Source: Alphaproteobacteria bacterium (GTDB lineage: Bacteria; Pseudomonadota; Alphaproteobacteria; UBA828). From it: a stretch of 64,000 bases of DNA. The stretch covers positions 896,001 through 960,000 of the forward strand of contig CBDEFM010000002.1 of NCBI GenBank assembly GCA_965237415.1, given 5' to 3'. Of this stretch, positions 38,491-50,571 are shown piece by piece (position 1 is the stretch's first letter; every line of letters starts with the position of its first letter). Made by a program: the position numbers and the translations under genes. The notes under the pieces were generated by a model. The model saw only the letters and a program-made list of their open reading frames with translations, had not been told where the DNA came from and made no database searches.

Positions 38491-39798
38491 CTAGCGTCCT
38501 TTCGCCGCCCGCGTGGCCGCCCTGAGGCCGCGTTCGAGATCGGCGATCAGATCGTCCGGGTCCTCCAGCCCGATGGAGAGCCGCACCATGTCCTCGCCCA
38601 CGCCCGCGGCCTCTAGCGCTGCGGCGTCCATCTGCTGATGGGTGGTGCTCGCGGGGTGGATCACGAGGCTCTTGGCGTCACCGACGTTGGCGAGGTGCGA
38701 GAGCAGCTCGACCGCCTCGATGAAGGCCCGCCCTGCCTCACGGCCGCCCTTCACGCCGAAGCAGAAGATCGCGCCCGAGCCCTCCGGCAACAAGATCTTC
38801 GCGCGCTCGTGGTCGGGGTGGGAGGGAAGCTCCGGGTAGCTCACCCACGAGACGCCATCGTGGCCGTCGAGAAAGGCGACGATCTTGCGCGCGTTTTCGA
38901 CGTGACGCGCCATGCGGACCGGCAGGCTCTCCACGCCCTGGAGGATGTGGAAGGCATTGGTGGGGCTCATGCACGCGCCGAAGTCCCGCAGGCCCTCCGC
39001 GCGTGCGCGTGCGATGAACGCCGCGGGCCCGAACTCCTCGGCGAAGTCGATGCCGTGATAGCCGGCATAGGGTTCGGTCAGCGTCGGGAAGAGGCCGGAG
39101 GCCTCCCAGTCGAAGGTCCCGGCATCGACGATGACGCCGCCGATGGCCACCCCGTGCCCGCCCAGGAACTTGGTCGCCGAATGCATGACGATGTCGCAGC
39201 CGAGCTCGAACGGGCGGCAGAGGCAGGGGGTGGCGAAGGTGCTGTCGATCATCAGCGGAACGCCGGCGTCATGGGCGATGGTGGCGACCGCCGGCATGTC
39301 CATGATTTCGAGGCCGGGATTGCCCAGCGTCTCGCCGAATACGAGGCGCGTTTCTGGGCGGATCGCCTGGCGAAACCCGTCGGTGTCGCGGGGATCGACG
39401 AAGGTCGTTTTGATCCCGAAGCGCGGCAGGGTGTGGGTGAAGAGGTTGTGGCTGCCACCGTATATCGAGGCGGAGGAGACAATGTGCCCGCCCGCATCCA
39501 TCAGTGTCGCCACCGCGAGATGGAGCGCCGCTTGCCCACTCGCCGTGCAGACCGCGCCGACGCCCCCTTCCAGCGCCGCGATCCGTTCTTCCAGCACCGC
39601 GACCGTGGGGTTCGAAATGCGCGAGTAGATATGGCCGGCGCGTTCGAGGTTGAAGAGCGAGGCCGCCTGCTCGGTGTCGTCGAAGACGTAGGAGGTGGTC
39701 TGATAGATCGGCACCGCGCGCGCGCCGGTCGTCGGGTCCGGCTTCTGGCCGGCATGCAGGCTCAGCGTGTCGCGCTTGAAAGCCAGTGGGTCAGCCAT
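38491..39798 (-). CDS. metY: O-acetylhomoserine aminocarboxypropyltransferase
   Basis: PIYQTTSY, YSRISNPT, HSATKFLGGHG, LANVGDAKSL. Confidence 0.88.
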   Translation of the reverse strand: MADPLAFKRDTLSLHAGQKPDPTTGARAVPIYQTTSYVFDDTEQAASLFNLERAGHIYSRISNPTVAVLEERIAALEGGVGAVCTASGQAALHLAVATLMDAGGHIVSSASIYGGSHNLFTHTLPRFGIKTTFVDPRDTDGFRQAIRPETRLVFGETLGNPGLEIMDMPAVATIAHDAGVPLMIDSTFATPCLCRPFELGCDIVMHSATKFLGGHGVAIGGVIVDAGTFDWEASGLFPTLTEPYAGYHGIDFAEEFGPAAFIARARAEGLRDFGACMSPTNAFHILQGVESLPVRMARHVENARKIVAFLDGHDGVSWVSYPELPSHPDHERAKILLPEGSGAIFCFGVKGGREAGRAFIEAVELLSHLANVGDAKSLVIHPASTTHQQMDAAALEAAGVGEDMVRLSIGLEDPDDLIADLERGLRAATRAAKGR

Positions 39799-39881
39799 CG
39801 CCTCTCTCCCCGGCGCACCGATTCAGCACGGGGCGCCGTGCGCCGCGAGGCTCCGCCATCCGTGTTACGATCGCAAGCGTC

Positions 39882-40055
39882 ATGACGACCAAGCGTCGAA
39901 AGGGTAAGCTGGACGCGCCCAGCGCCGGCAAGCGCACCGACCGCGAAGGCCGCCTCGCCGCCGCCCTGCGGGAGAACCTGCGGCGGCGTAAGCGCCAGAA
40001 AAGCGCGCGCAAGGCCGCCGCACCGACGCCGGTAAGAGACGGCGACGGCGCATAA
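39882..40055 (+). CDS. Small basic conserved alphaproteobacterial protein
   Basis: RLAAALRENLRRRKRQ motif. Confidence 0.65.
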   Translation: MTTKRRKGKLDAPSAGKRTDREGRLAAALRENLRRRKRQKSARKAAAPTPVRDGDGA

Positions 40056-40085
40056 GCCGGGCGCAAGGAAGCGGCAACGCGCCGC

Positions 40086-40832
40086 TCAGAGCATGACGTC
40101 GCCCGAGTTGGGCCCAAGGGTCTGGCCGACGTAGATGGCCCCGCCGGGGCCGGCGAGGAAGGCCACGGTCTCGGCGATCTCCCACGCTTCGCCGAACCGC
40201 CCCAGGGGCAGTTCCGCGGCCTTCATCTCTTTCCACTCGTCGGAGATGTCATCGAGGATCGGCGTGTTGCAGGGGCCGGGGCCGATGGCGTTGACGCGCA
40301 CGCCGCGGCTCGAGACTTCCAGCGCGAGCGACTTGGTGAGCCCGATGACGCCGGCCTTCGCCGCCGCGTAGTGGGCCATTTGGAAGGCTCCCTTGTGGCC
40401 GAGCTGCGAGGCGGTGTTGATGATCACGCCCTCGCCCTTCTCCAGCATCGGGCCGAGCGCCTCGCGGTCACAGAGGAAGACGCCGCGCAGAAGCACCGCC
40501 ACCATGCGATCGAAGTCCTCCGTCTTCATCTCGACGAATGGGGACAGCCGGGCGTAGCCGGCATTGGCGAAGAGCAACGTGCAGTCGCCGAAGGCCTCGC
40601 GGCAGGCCGCGAACATGGCCTTCACGTCGGCCTCGTTGGAGACATCGCCGCCGATCGCTTCTGCCCGACCGTTGCCTTCCCGCACTTTGTTTGCCGTACG
40701 CTGAGCGTTCTCCTCGTTGATGTCCTGGCAGAAGATCGGCATCCCCTCCCGCGCGAGCCTGAGCGCAGTGGCCTCTCCAAATCCGCTGCCGGCACCTGTG
40801 ATCACAGCGATGTGGTCCTGCATCTCGATCAT
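40086..40832 (-). CDS. SDR-family oxidoreductase
   Basis: TGAGSGFG, ANAG, YAAAK. Confidence 0.92.
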   Translation of the reverse strand: MIEMQDHIAVITGAGSGFGEATALRLAREGMPIFCQDINEENAQRTANKVREGNGRAEAIGGDVSNEADVKAMFAACREAFGDCTLLFANAGYARLSPFVEMKTEDFDRMVAVLLRGVFLCDREALGPMLEKGEGVIINTASQLGHKGAFQMAHYAAAKAGVIGLTKSLALEVSSRGVRVNAIGPGPCNTPILDDISDEWKEMKAAELPLGRFGEAWEIAETVAFLAGPGGAIYVGQTLGPNSGDVML

Positions 40833-42184
40833 GACCGTCCACTTCCCTCTTTGTCGGTTGAGTCATCCGTCGAGCGCCCGAAGACGCGCTCGAAAATCGT
40901 ATCGACGTGCTTGAGGTAAGGCTCGGGCGCAAACAGCGCGGCGAGCGCAGCGCGATCGAGCACGGCCGCGACCCGCTCGTCGGCCGCAAGCGCCGCTTCG
41001 AAATCGCCGCCGCCTTCCCAGACCTCCAGCGCGATCTTCTGCACGGTGGCGTAGGCGTCCTCGCGGGACATCCCACGCTCGATCAGCGCCAGCAGGACCC
41101 GCTGGCTGTGCACGAGCCCGCCTCGGCTGTCGAGATTGCGCCGCATGGCCGCCTCGTCGACCACGAGGCCGTCGACGACCGAGGCGAGCCTGGTCAGCGC
41201 AAAATCCAGCGCAATGGTCGCATCCGGCGCGAACACGCGCTCGACCGCTGAATGGCTGATGTCACGCTCGTGCCAGAGCGCGATGTTCTCCAGCGCCGGC
41301 ACCACCGACGCCCGTACGATGCGGGCGAGGCCGGTCAGATTCTCGCTCAGGATGGGGTTCTTCTTGTGGGGCATGGCGGACGAGCCCTTCTGCCCCTTGC
41401 CGAAGGCTTCAGCCGCCTCCCCCACCTCGCTTCGCTGCAAATGCCGAATCTCCACCGCCAGCCGCTCGATCGCGCCGGCGATGACGCCGAGCACGGCGAA
41501 ATACATGGCGTGGCGATCGCGCGGGATGACCTGGGTCGAGACCGGCTCCGGCGTGAGTCCCAGCGCCTCCGCGACATGCGCCTCGACCGCCGGGTCGACG
41601 CTCGCGAAGGTACCGACCGGCCCCGATATGGCGCAGGTCGCGATCTCGCGACGCGCCGCTTTCAACCGGTCTGCGGCGCGGGAGAACTCCGCGTAGTGGC
41701 CGGCGAGCTTGAGCCCGAAGCTCGTCGGCTCGGCATGGACGCCGTGGCTGCGGCCGACGCAGAGCGTCCGCTTGTGCTCGAACGCGCGTCGCTTGAGCGC
41801 TGCGGCCACGGCGCTGACGCCCTCCTCCAGCAGGGCGCCGGCCCGGTCGAGCTGCACCGCGAAGCCGGTGTCGAGAACATCGGACGAGGTGAGGCCCTGG
41901 TGTATGAAGCGCGCCTCCGGCCCCACATGGTTCGCGAGGTTGGTGAGGAAGGCGATCACGTCGTGGCGGGTCTCGCGCTCGATCGCGTCGATTTTCGCGG
42001 GATCGACGAGTGCCGCTTGGTGCGCACGCATCGCGCGGTCGAGCACTTCCGCCGCCACCTGCGGCGCCTGGCCGAGCGCGACCTGGGCATCGAGCGCATG
42101 GCGCTCAATCTCCAGCCAGATGGCGAAGCGGGTCTCAGGTGCCCAGACCGCGGCCATCTCCGGACGTGAATAACGCGGGATCAT
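40829..42184 (-). CDS. purB: Adenylosuccinate lyase
   Basis: MIPRYSRPEM, GRSHGVHAEP, GSSAMPHKKNP, WHERDISHS. Confidence 0.97.
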   Translation of the reverse strand: MIPRYSRPEMAAVWAPETRFAIWLEIERHALDAQVALGQAPQVAAEVLDRAMRAHQAALVDPAKIDAIERETRHDVIAFLTNLANHVGPEARFIHQGLTSSDVLDTGFAVQLDRAGALLEEGVSAVAAALKRRAFEHKRTLCVGRSHGVHAEPTSFGLKLAGHYAEFSRAADRLKAARREIATCAISGPVGTFASVDPAVEAHVAEALGLTPEPVSTQVIPRDRHAMYFAVLGVIAGAIERLAVEIRHLQRSEVGEAAEAFGKGQKGSSAMPHKKNPILSENLTGLARIVRASVVPALENIALWHERDISHSAVERVFAPDATIALDFALTRLASVVDGLVVDEAAMRRNLDSRGGLVHSQRVLLALIERGMSREDAYATVQKIALEVWEGGGDFEAALAADERVAAVLDRAALAALFAPEPYLKHVDTIFERVFGRSTDDSTDKEGSGRS

Positions 42185-42236
42185 GGGATATCGCGGCGGG
42201 GGATCGACCCTCTCCTCACGTGCCGGCGGCAGGGCT

Positions 42237-42310
42237 TGGCTGGGGCGCCAGGATTCGAACCTGGGATCACGGGACCAAAACCCGTTGCCTTGCCGCTTGG
42301 CTACGCCCCA
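42237..42310 (-). tRNA. tRNA-Gln(TTG)
   Basis: Minus strand TGGGGCGTAGCCAAGCGG..ACGGGTTTTGGTCCCGT..GTTCGAATCC..GCCA. Confidence 0.96.
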
Positions 42311-42358
42311 GGCGGGGCGGCTTTTAGCACGGCGCGAAGCGGCGCGGAAGCGAGCGGC

Positions 42359-42829
42359 TCAGCCTAGTTCCTCGTGGAAGAAGCGCAGACGGTTGGCGGC
42401 GATGCGGCCGAAACGGATCGCCTGCCTGCGGCGGAGCCCCGTGGCCATGGGCTCAAGCGGCGCCTCCCGCCTGATCTCGGCGCCGAAACGGTCGGCAACG
42501 ATCGCGCCGACGCTTGCCGGCAACACGTCGAGCGGGAACTCGCTGCCCACGGCGAAGTAGAGCCTGTCGCAATGGCTGCGGTAGTCCTCCCACTTGGCAT
42601 CGGCGCGAAAATCGGCGAGCCCGCTCTTGATCTCGACGATGGTAAAGCGGCCCTTGCCGTCTTGCCCCAACACGTCCGCCCGCCGGCCCGAGCCGAGCGG
42701 CACCTCGACGAGAGGGCACACACCCATGGAGTCGAGCAGCCGGCAGACGCCGCGTGCCAGACCCTCGGCCCGGCCCTCCGCGACGCAGGGGCGCGCGAGG
42801 TCGAGAGCAAGCTGAGCCGTCGTAGCCAT
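42359..42829 (-). CDS. mmcB: MmcB-family DNA repair nuclease
   Basis: ARGVCRLL, GRRADV, IVEIKS..DFRADAKW..CDRLYFAV. Confidence 0.88.
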   Translation of the reverse strand: MATTAQLALDLARPCVAEGRAEGLARGVCRLLDSMGVCPLVEVPLGSGRRADVLGQDGKGRFTIVEIKSGLADFRADAKWEDYRSHCDRLYFAVGSEFPLDVLPASVGAIVADRFGAEIRREAPLEPMATGLRRRQAIRFGRIAANRLRFFHEELG

Positions 42830-42918
42830 CGGAGTGGAGACGGAGACGGACATGAACATCACGGCCTCTGTTAACCCGATGTTCCCAGTTTAGTCCAATT
42901 CGCCCGCTTCTGCCCATC

Positions 42919-45301
42919 TCAGATGGTGCTGGGAAAAGCGAAGGGTTTCGGATTCAAGAAACTCCTGAGCACGTTTGAGGTGATGACGGCCACATGATTG
43001 TTGTAGCCGTTCCAGGCCATGCTCCCGGCCCACGCAATCGAGCCCGTCGAGAACACGGCGCCGCCGTTGGCGGTCTCGAAGAACACCATGTCGCTGCGGA
43101 TAATGTCTGCCTCGGTTCCACCCGGGCCCGGAACCGGATCGAGCATGTCTTCCGGCGTCATGAGATAGACATCGGTATATCGCTCCGACGACGCCAGAAC
43201 GAGCACGTGCTCGGGCGTGCCGAGCGCGTGATCGACCGCGTCAAGCTCCAGGCCTGCGGCGCCACCTCCGCTCAAGCCAAAATCGCCGATAATCTCGTCC
43301 TCCACGCCTTCGAAAACGAAGGCGGCCCTGGGATCCCGGCTGGCCTGCATACGACGATAGGGCGCGGAAATGTCGAAACCCTGCGAAACCATGCCGATCC
43401 CGACCAAGCGGTTGGGCGGCCGCCCGTTGCGGCGCCAAAGGCCCGTGTATTCGCCCGTGAAGCTCGCGAAGAATTCGCCGGGCAACGGCGAGAAAGCGCG
43501 AATGCCATCCTCGGATTTTCGGCACTCGATGACGCCGGGTAGCTCTGGATGGAACGAGATCCGCCAATAGAATCCATTCCCACCCAAATACATGAGCCGC
43601 CCGCCCCGATGGACGTAGGCTTCGAGCGCGTCAAGCATCGAGGCGCTGTGATACTCGGGATGAGAGCCGGTCAGCACGACCCGGTAGTCCTCGATCAGAG
43701 ACAATCCTTCGCGGTGCAGATCCTCATCGGTAATGACGTCGAAGCGTTCGCCGCAGTGTTCGAGCCAACCCAGGATGTGCGTATCGGCGTTGAACTGCCA
43801 TACGTTGGAACCGGCACCCCCCCAGGGCCCCAACGATCTTGGGCTGCATGTCGACGACGGGCCGCAAGCGCGAGCTGTAGAATACGCCCGACCCGTCGTT
43901 GTGAACGTCGTAGAAGCAAAGGCCGAGCTCCGGGTGCTCCTGCATGAACAGGTCATGTTTCTTATGCTCCAGGAGCCTCCCGACCACGATCTCCGCTTCC
44001 GGTACGTCCAATGCGATGCGGTTGTTGGCGTACGCCATGTAGCTTGCCGTCGGCAGCAGGAAGGCAGCGGACGCCGTCGGCCCCTCTCGCGGCGGAAGCA
44101 CCGCGAGAGGTACGTAGAACTCGTCCTCCGCCGCGTGAAGACGCACCGCGTACAAACCGCTGCGAATCCCGTTCGGAATCTCAAACGAAAAATCGGTGTC
44201 CCAGCCGGCGTCATAGAGATCGTCGTCATGAAAGTGGACGGCTGCGTAGCGTTCAGGCGTTTGAACCCAGCAGAACGCGTCCCCGCCTCCATTTTGTCCT
44301 GTCACGCCACGTGTCGGGAGGTTGACCAGGACGCCATGCAGGTGCCGGGGCGAGACATCGACCATGCGATCGGTGGAAATGCCAATCGAGAAGTCCCACG
44401 CGGCGACCAGATCCACGTCACGCGCGCTCCCGGACTGTGCATCCAACTTGGCGATCATGTCCTCGGGTTCTAGTCATCTGGCACTGACGTTGAGATCATT
44501 ATAGATTAGCAGTGCTGCCACACTAAGTCGCTCTATTGTCGAAGAAGTTAGTCGTTCAACATAGTTAGCTTTATGTGGCGAACTTCAGATTCAGGTGACT
44601 AGGACGGAAGCGTAAAGCGAAGGCCGTTCCAGCCGGCCGTTGAAGTGGCGTTCCGCCGATCGATCCATGGCCGGACGAGCGGCTACGGTCATCGGCGCCG
44701 CGACGTCTGAGGGAACAGCGGAACACCGTCCCTCACGGGTCACAATTGCTGCGTCTGCCGGCAGGGGATGCGGCGCGAGGCGGCGTTGCGTGACAATCAT
44801 CCGGCCGTCCTCGGCGCACAGGCTCGCCGCCACCAGATACCATCGTTGCGCAAGCAGCGGTTCCTCGGTCGACACCGAGGACGCCTCTGCACCGCCGAAA
44901 TCAACAGAAAATTCGAGGGCGCCAGCCTCGTTCAGAAAGAGTTCGAATCCTGCGCCCGTCAGGGGATCGCGTCGCGCGAGGACCGTCTGCGGCCCGTCAC
45001 CCGGCATTGTCGGCCAGATCGCCGCGAACACCGTGAATGTGGAAAGAGCTCGGAACGCCGCGTTGTCTTCGACAATGCCGTAGGAACCCGGATGAAGGGG
45101 CTGGAAACGTCCCTCGAAGGGACCTCCAAGGTCCAGATCGACAGCGTCTTCGCGATAGCCAGGACCCTGCGGATTGATATCTCCCTGAATGATGCGGACC
45201 AGTTCGGCTTCGTAGCGGTTCAGCCCCTCACAGCTCACCTTGATCTCGACCGCTTCGCCGGGTCTCCCGCTCAGCCGGTCGGCGTAGGCCAAAATCCTCA
45301 C
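42919..45301 (-). pseudogene. N,N-dimethylformamidase large-subunit family protein, MITE-interrupted and frameshifted
   Basis: VHFHDDDL, PTASYMAYAN, YDVHNDGSG, GSHPEY, YLGGNGFYW; breaks at 44470-44602 and at a homopolymer run ~43820. Confidence 0.88.
44470..44602 (-). mobile_element. 133-bp MITE copy 5 (subfamily A)
   Basis: CTAG-flanked; removal restores the frame ..SVLEPEDMIAK.. Confidence 0.95.
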
Positions 45302-45405
45302 TTTCGCATCCCCCACTGCTGCCCTGCGCTCCCAAGCATCACCCGTCTCCAACCGGTATCCCGCGGTTCATGCGGGATTGGCCCGCAAGTCCGCTGCATC
45401 GGGCG

Positions 45406-45723
45406 CTATAGCGACAGGGTCTCACCCGTGTGCGCCTCCCAACGCAGCTTGAACACCGTCTACTCCGCCTCCTTGAGACTATGAAACTGGTGGCCAGGAA
45501 CGATTTTGATGGGGTCCCCACGCTTGGCCGGCATCTTCCCGAGCCGCCAGCATTGAAAGGGCTCGTCAACCACCAGCACGTATTTTCCAGGCCCAGGTCC
45601 GCCGCGCATTGCGTTGAGAACCCGCTGCAACCCGGGGCTGTGAAACCAGTTGTCCGCGTCGAGATTGCGCTTGAATTCTGCGGCGTAAACCTTGTCTGCC
45701 TCGGTGATGCGGTATCGGTTCAT
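45406..45723 (-). pseudogene. DMFase small-subunit-like protein with premature TAG
   Basis: HSPGLQRVLNAMRG..GKYVL..EAE*TVFKLRW; lies directly upstream of the large subunit. Confidence 0.7.
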
Positions 45724-45862
45724 GGCTCCACGCTGACCACCGTGTTCGCACCCTGTCACGCATCGCCCCCTCGTTGAACGCCTTGTGGCCGCAACATGGG
45801 GGCGGACGCTATTCTCCCGTTTTGCCGCCCATGATACCGTGATTGCATGTTGGGCATGAGCC

Positions 45863-48685
45863 ATGAGCGACGTTGAACTCTCCTACCTCTCGGCAACGGA
45901 GGCGGCCGCTCTCATCCGCGACGGCTCGCTCTCGCCCGTCGCGTTGGTGACGAACGCGCTGGAGCGCATCGAGGAGGTCAACCCCACGCTCAACTGCTTC
46001 TGCTTCACCTACCCGTCGGAAGCCATCGAGCGGGCACGAGAGGCGGAGCGGGCGATTGCGGCGGGTGATGCTGTGGGCCCGCTGCATGGGGTGCCGATCG
46101 CCATCAAGGACCTCACGCCCACCAAGGGCAAGACCACGACCTTCGGCTCCTACGCCTACAAGGATTGGGTGCCCGACTACGACGCGCTCGTGGTGCAGCG
46201 AACCTGTCAACGACTTTGACACCGTCGTGCGATTTACGGCAGTCTCTCCTGTTGTGGATGTGTCAGGTGGATTGATCCAGACCGCTTTGGGAAGCGGCAG
46301 GGGTTTGGGGATGCCGCGAACGAAGCGCTCAGGATGATGGTTCCAGGCGGCGCGCAGGGTCTGTTCACGTTGTTGCAGCACGGTGTGGGCACGGCCGTGA
46401 TGGACGTCATCGGGGGTGAGCATGGCGATTCCGCCATGGCGGTGCTCGGTGTTGTACCAAGGGAAGAACGACTGGCAGAAGGCGATGGCGGCGTGGATAT
46501 CGTCGAATCGCCCAGGGAAGCCGACACTGGGCCTCGGAGAAGGGGTTGTGGGGAATCAGCACGTGTGACCGAGGTCGGCGAATCCGTGCGCCCCGCCGGA
46601 GTGCGGATCACACGCGATGCCCGGGAGGATCAGCGTTGCGGCGAGGGCGGAGTTCTCCCTCTCGCGACCATCCAGCCGACCACGTAGCGGCTGAAGATGT
46701 CGAGCAAGACGTAGAGGTAGAAGTAGGTCCAGCGTGTCGGTGCCAGCAGTCGAGTGATGTCCCAGGACCACGTCTGGTTCGGCGCGGTGGCCACCAGCTC
46801 GGGCTTGCTGTAGGGAGGATGTTCGAGCTGATTGCGCCGCTCTCGCACCGGCTGATTCGCGGCCAGGATCCGATACATCGTGCGCTCCGAGCACAGGTAC
46901 TGGCCTTCATCGAGTAGCGTGGCGACGACCTCGGCGGGCGCGCGGTCGACGAAGCGAGGGGAGGCGAGCACGTTGAGAACATGCTCGCGTTCGGACTCGC
47001 ACAGCGCCCGGGCGGGCGGCTGGTGCCCGGGAACCTTGTGACGACGGTAGAAGGTGGTCCGTGACACACCCAGCGCTCGGCAGCGGGCCACACCGACCGT
47101 GAGGGCCCTTGGGCCGCCATCAGCAGTCCGTCGCTGAGGTTGAATCCCTCAGCCCGCAACTTTTCCCTGGACATCCAGGATGGTATGCGCGGTGTGCAAC
47201 TCCTTCTCCAGCCGCGCCACTTTCGCCTCGAGCTCGCGCACCTTCGCGCTGAGCGGGTTATGCTCGGCAGGCTTGGCGCCGCGCTTGTTCGGGGTCAGGC
47301 CCCGCAACGAGCCTTGACGACGCGCTTTGCGCCAAGCCGACAGGTGGGAGGTGTACAACCCTTCCCGGCGAAGCAGCCGTCCGACCTCGCCGGGCTGCGT
47401 GCAGCGGTCGGCCTCCTCTAGGATTCGCAGTCACTCGGCGGTGAACTGGCGCCGCTTCGGCTTGGACCTCGGGGTCCGGCGCCGGCCTCGCGCCGCTCGC
47501 TCGGGCTCGCCGCTCCGATCCCCAGAGCCCGAGCGTCTCCTGGATTTGTGACCATCGGTTCTCATCTCCACCGCCCCACAGCAAGGGGTGCGTCTCATCG
47601 ATGTTGGCGCAGCGCCTGTGCGGTGCCGGCGCTATCATGGTGGGCAAGACGACGACGCCCGAGTTCGCTTTTTCCAGTCTCACCGACAGCCCGTTGTGGG
47701 GAATCACCCGCAATCCGTGGAACCCGGATCACACGCCGGGAGGATCGTCGGGCGGCTCCGCGGCCGCGGTGGTCGCCGGTTGTGTGCCGCTCGCGGAAGG
47801 CTCCGACGCCGGCGGCTCGGTGCGAATTCCGGCGTCCCACAGCGGCTGCGTGGGGCTGAAGCCGAGCTCCGGCCGGATCCCCTTCGAGTTCCTTCCGACC
47901 CAGTACGACTACATGTGCTGCCACGGTCCTCTCTCACGGACCGTGGCGGACGCCGCGATGTTCCTGGATTTGTGCCAGGGGCCGGACGAGCGCGACATCA
48001 ACACGCTCTCGCCGGCACTCTCGGTCGCCATTCCGCCGCCGCCCGATGTGCGCGGCATGCGCCTCGCCTTGTCGGTCGACCTCGCTACTACCGCATCGAC
48101 CCGGATGTCGAGGCGAACACCCGCGCAGCCGCCGCTGCCCTCGCTGAGGCGGGGGCGGAGATCGAGCCCGTCGAACTCGGCTGGTCCAGAGCCTTCAACG
48201 ACGCATGGTGGGCCTATTGGGCCGTGTTCGGGGCCACGCACTTCGGCCAGCATCTCGAGCGCTGGAAGGACAAGATGCACCCCTCCGTCGTCGCGTCGAT
48301 GGAGGAGGGCCACAAGATGAGCGCGGTCGATCTCATGAAGACCGAGACGGTCTACACCGAGGCCTGGAACGCGCTGCGTCCCATCCTCGAACGCTGCGAC
48401 GCTCTGCTGTGCCCGACCGAGTCCATCCCGGCGCCCACGGTCGACTACGACGAGCTCGGCTCCATGACCGACGACGCCGACGGCCGTCACCTGAGCATGG
48501 ACATGACCATGCAGTTCAACGCGCTCAAGCTGCCGGCGCTCTCGGTTCCTTCAGGATTCTCTTCGCAGGGGCTGCCCACGGGCCTGCAGATCGCGGGCCG
48601 CCGCTTCGATGACCTGACGGTGCTCCGCATCGGCGCCGCGCTCGAGGAGGCGCGCCCGTGGCGTCAACATCGCCCGACTCTGTGA
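45863..48685 (+). pseudogene. Amidase split by an IS3-like element, plus frameshift ~48085
   Basis: GVPIAIKD..VVQR|[27 protein letters not shown]; rejoins across the 6-bp duplication GCAGCG. Confidence 0.9.
46201..47608 (-). mobile_element. Degenerate IS3-like element
   Basis: orfA (YTSHLSAWR) and orfB (APNQTWSWDIT..YLYVLLDIFSRYVVGW) fragments; GCAGCG at 46195-46200 and 47609-47614. Confidence 0.85.
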
Positions 48686-48773
48686 AGTACGGAGAATCGT
48701 GCGCGCCGCAACACAGCACACCACGCACATCTGCGTGAAACCACAGACCGGTAATCATGAAGGGGAGGCTTCC

Positions 48774-50363
48774 ATGATTCGATCTCTGTTGTGACCCATC
48801 GTCGTGACCGTAGCCGCCGCCGGCTTCGCGGGGGCCGTTTTCGCCTCGGACCATGCCCGGGCCGAGAGCACCTTTGTCTACGGGATGCCCGCCGATCACA
48901 GCATTCTCGATCCGCACGTGACCTGCGGCTGGATGGCCAAGATGGTGAACTACCAGATCTACGAGGCTCTGGTGGAAATCGATCTCCAAAGCGCCGACTG
49001 GCCGACAAAGCTCAAGGGGCAGCTCGCCGAGTCATGAGAGATCTCTGACGACGGCGTCGAGTACACGTTTCACCTGCGCAAGGGCGTGAATTTCCACGAT
49101 GGCACGCCCTTCAATGCCGATGCCGTCAAGTACAACTTCGACCGCTTCCTCAACAAGGACGCACCCCACTTCAACGAGACCGCCCACGCCTACATGGACT
49201 TCATCCGCTTCGTAGGCGACATCAAGTCCGTCGACGTCGTCGACGAGTTCACTGTCAAGATTACCCTCAACGGACCCAATTACGAGTTTCTCCGCACAGG
49301 GATGGAAGACTGCCCGCAGATGTATATCGTCAGCCCGACGGCGATCGAGACCTTTGGCAACGAGGGTATCCCTCTCAACCCCATCGGCACCGGTCCCTTC
49401 AAGTTTGTCGAGCGCGACCCGACCGTGAGCACGACCCTCGAGCGCAACGACGACTACTGGGGCGAGAACGCCAAAGTGGATCGTCTTATCTTCCGTATTC
49501 TGGAAGACCCTGCCACCCGGGTGAATGCACTGCTCGCTGGCGAGGTGCATGCCATCCAGGATCCGCCTTGGGACGAAATCGAGAGCATCGTCGAGGAAGG
49601 CTTCGTGGTGACCAAGAACGAGAATGCGCCGACGTTCTGGTACCTCTCCTTCAACATGAGAAACCCGGTGATGCAGGACGTGCGTATTCGCAAGGCGATC
49701 AACTATGCCATCAACAGAGACGCGATGGCCGAGCGGATTCTGCGCGGCTACGGAAAACCCGCCTACGGCATGTTGAACGCCGGCACCTATGCCTACGACC
49801 CGAACTTCGTGAGCTACTCCTATGATCCTGACAAGGCGCGAGAGCTCCTGGCGGAAGCCGGCCATGCCGACGGCCTGGATCTGGACTTCGATGTCATGAT
49901 CTACGGCACCGGCGAGCTCATGGAGAAGTGGATCCAGCGCGATCTGAAGAAGGTCGGAATCAACCTCGCTCTCAACAAGATGGAGTGGCTCGCCTACCTC
50001 GACAAGTGGGTTGCGGGCATGCCGGACGAGCTCCACATAAACGAGATTCTGTGGGGCGAGCAGGTGCCACGCTGGACCGCATTCAACTACCGCTGCGACC
50101 GGGTGCCGCCCCGTGGCAACAACATCGGATGGTATTGCAACGAAGAGATGGATGTCCTCTTCCAGCAGGCGCTGGAGACGGCCGATGAAAGTGAACGCGC
50201 CGCGCTCTATCAGCAGGCCGATTCCTGGATCATGCTCAACGATCCACCCAACGCGCCCATCTACCATTACTTCAACCCCATTGCGCTGCACCCGTCGGTC
50301 ACGGGGTTTGTCAACGCACCGGCCAACTGGTGGGATTTCTCCAGGGTCGAATTCAAGGAATAG
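48774..50363 (+). pseudogene. DppA/OppA-family binding protein with two in-frame TGA stops
   Basis: Stops at 48792 and 49035 (LAES*EISDDG, normally W); FHDGTPFNADAV, GTGPFK. Confidence 0.85.
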
Positions 50364-50408
50364 GGCAGATGTCCGCCTAACGTGAATCGGTGTGCGACCC
50401 GTTGCAAT

Positions 50409-50441
50409 GAAGCCCCCTCGTTGCGTGAACGAGGGGGCTTC
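50409..50441 (+). terminator. Intrinsic terminator-like hairpin
   Basis: GAAGCCCCCTCGTT-gcgtg-AACGAGGGGGCTTC after the SBP gene. Confidence 0.75.
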
Positions 50442-50571
50442 GCTTTGTCTGCCGACCACTGTCTCGGCGGTCGCGCTCATCGGTAAGCGGACCAGTATGC
50501 TGCGCTGCGCCGCGCCGCACCTGCGATGGTGGCGGTGCCAACACCTCGATTCAGCGCGAGTCTGTAGGCCG

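Noticed and set aside
48774-49037. Two in-frame TGA codons as Trp or Sec recoding
   Set aside because: TGA is the normal stop of many intact genes here, a TAG nonsense also occurs in the DMFase small subunit, and the downstream operon is deleted. Pseudogenisation is simpler.
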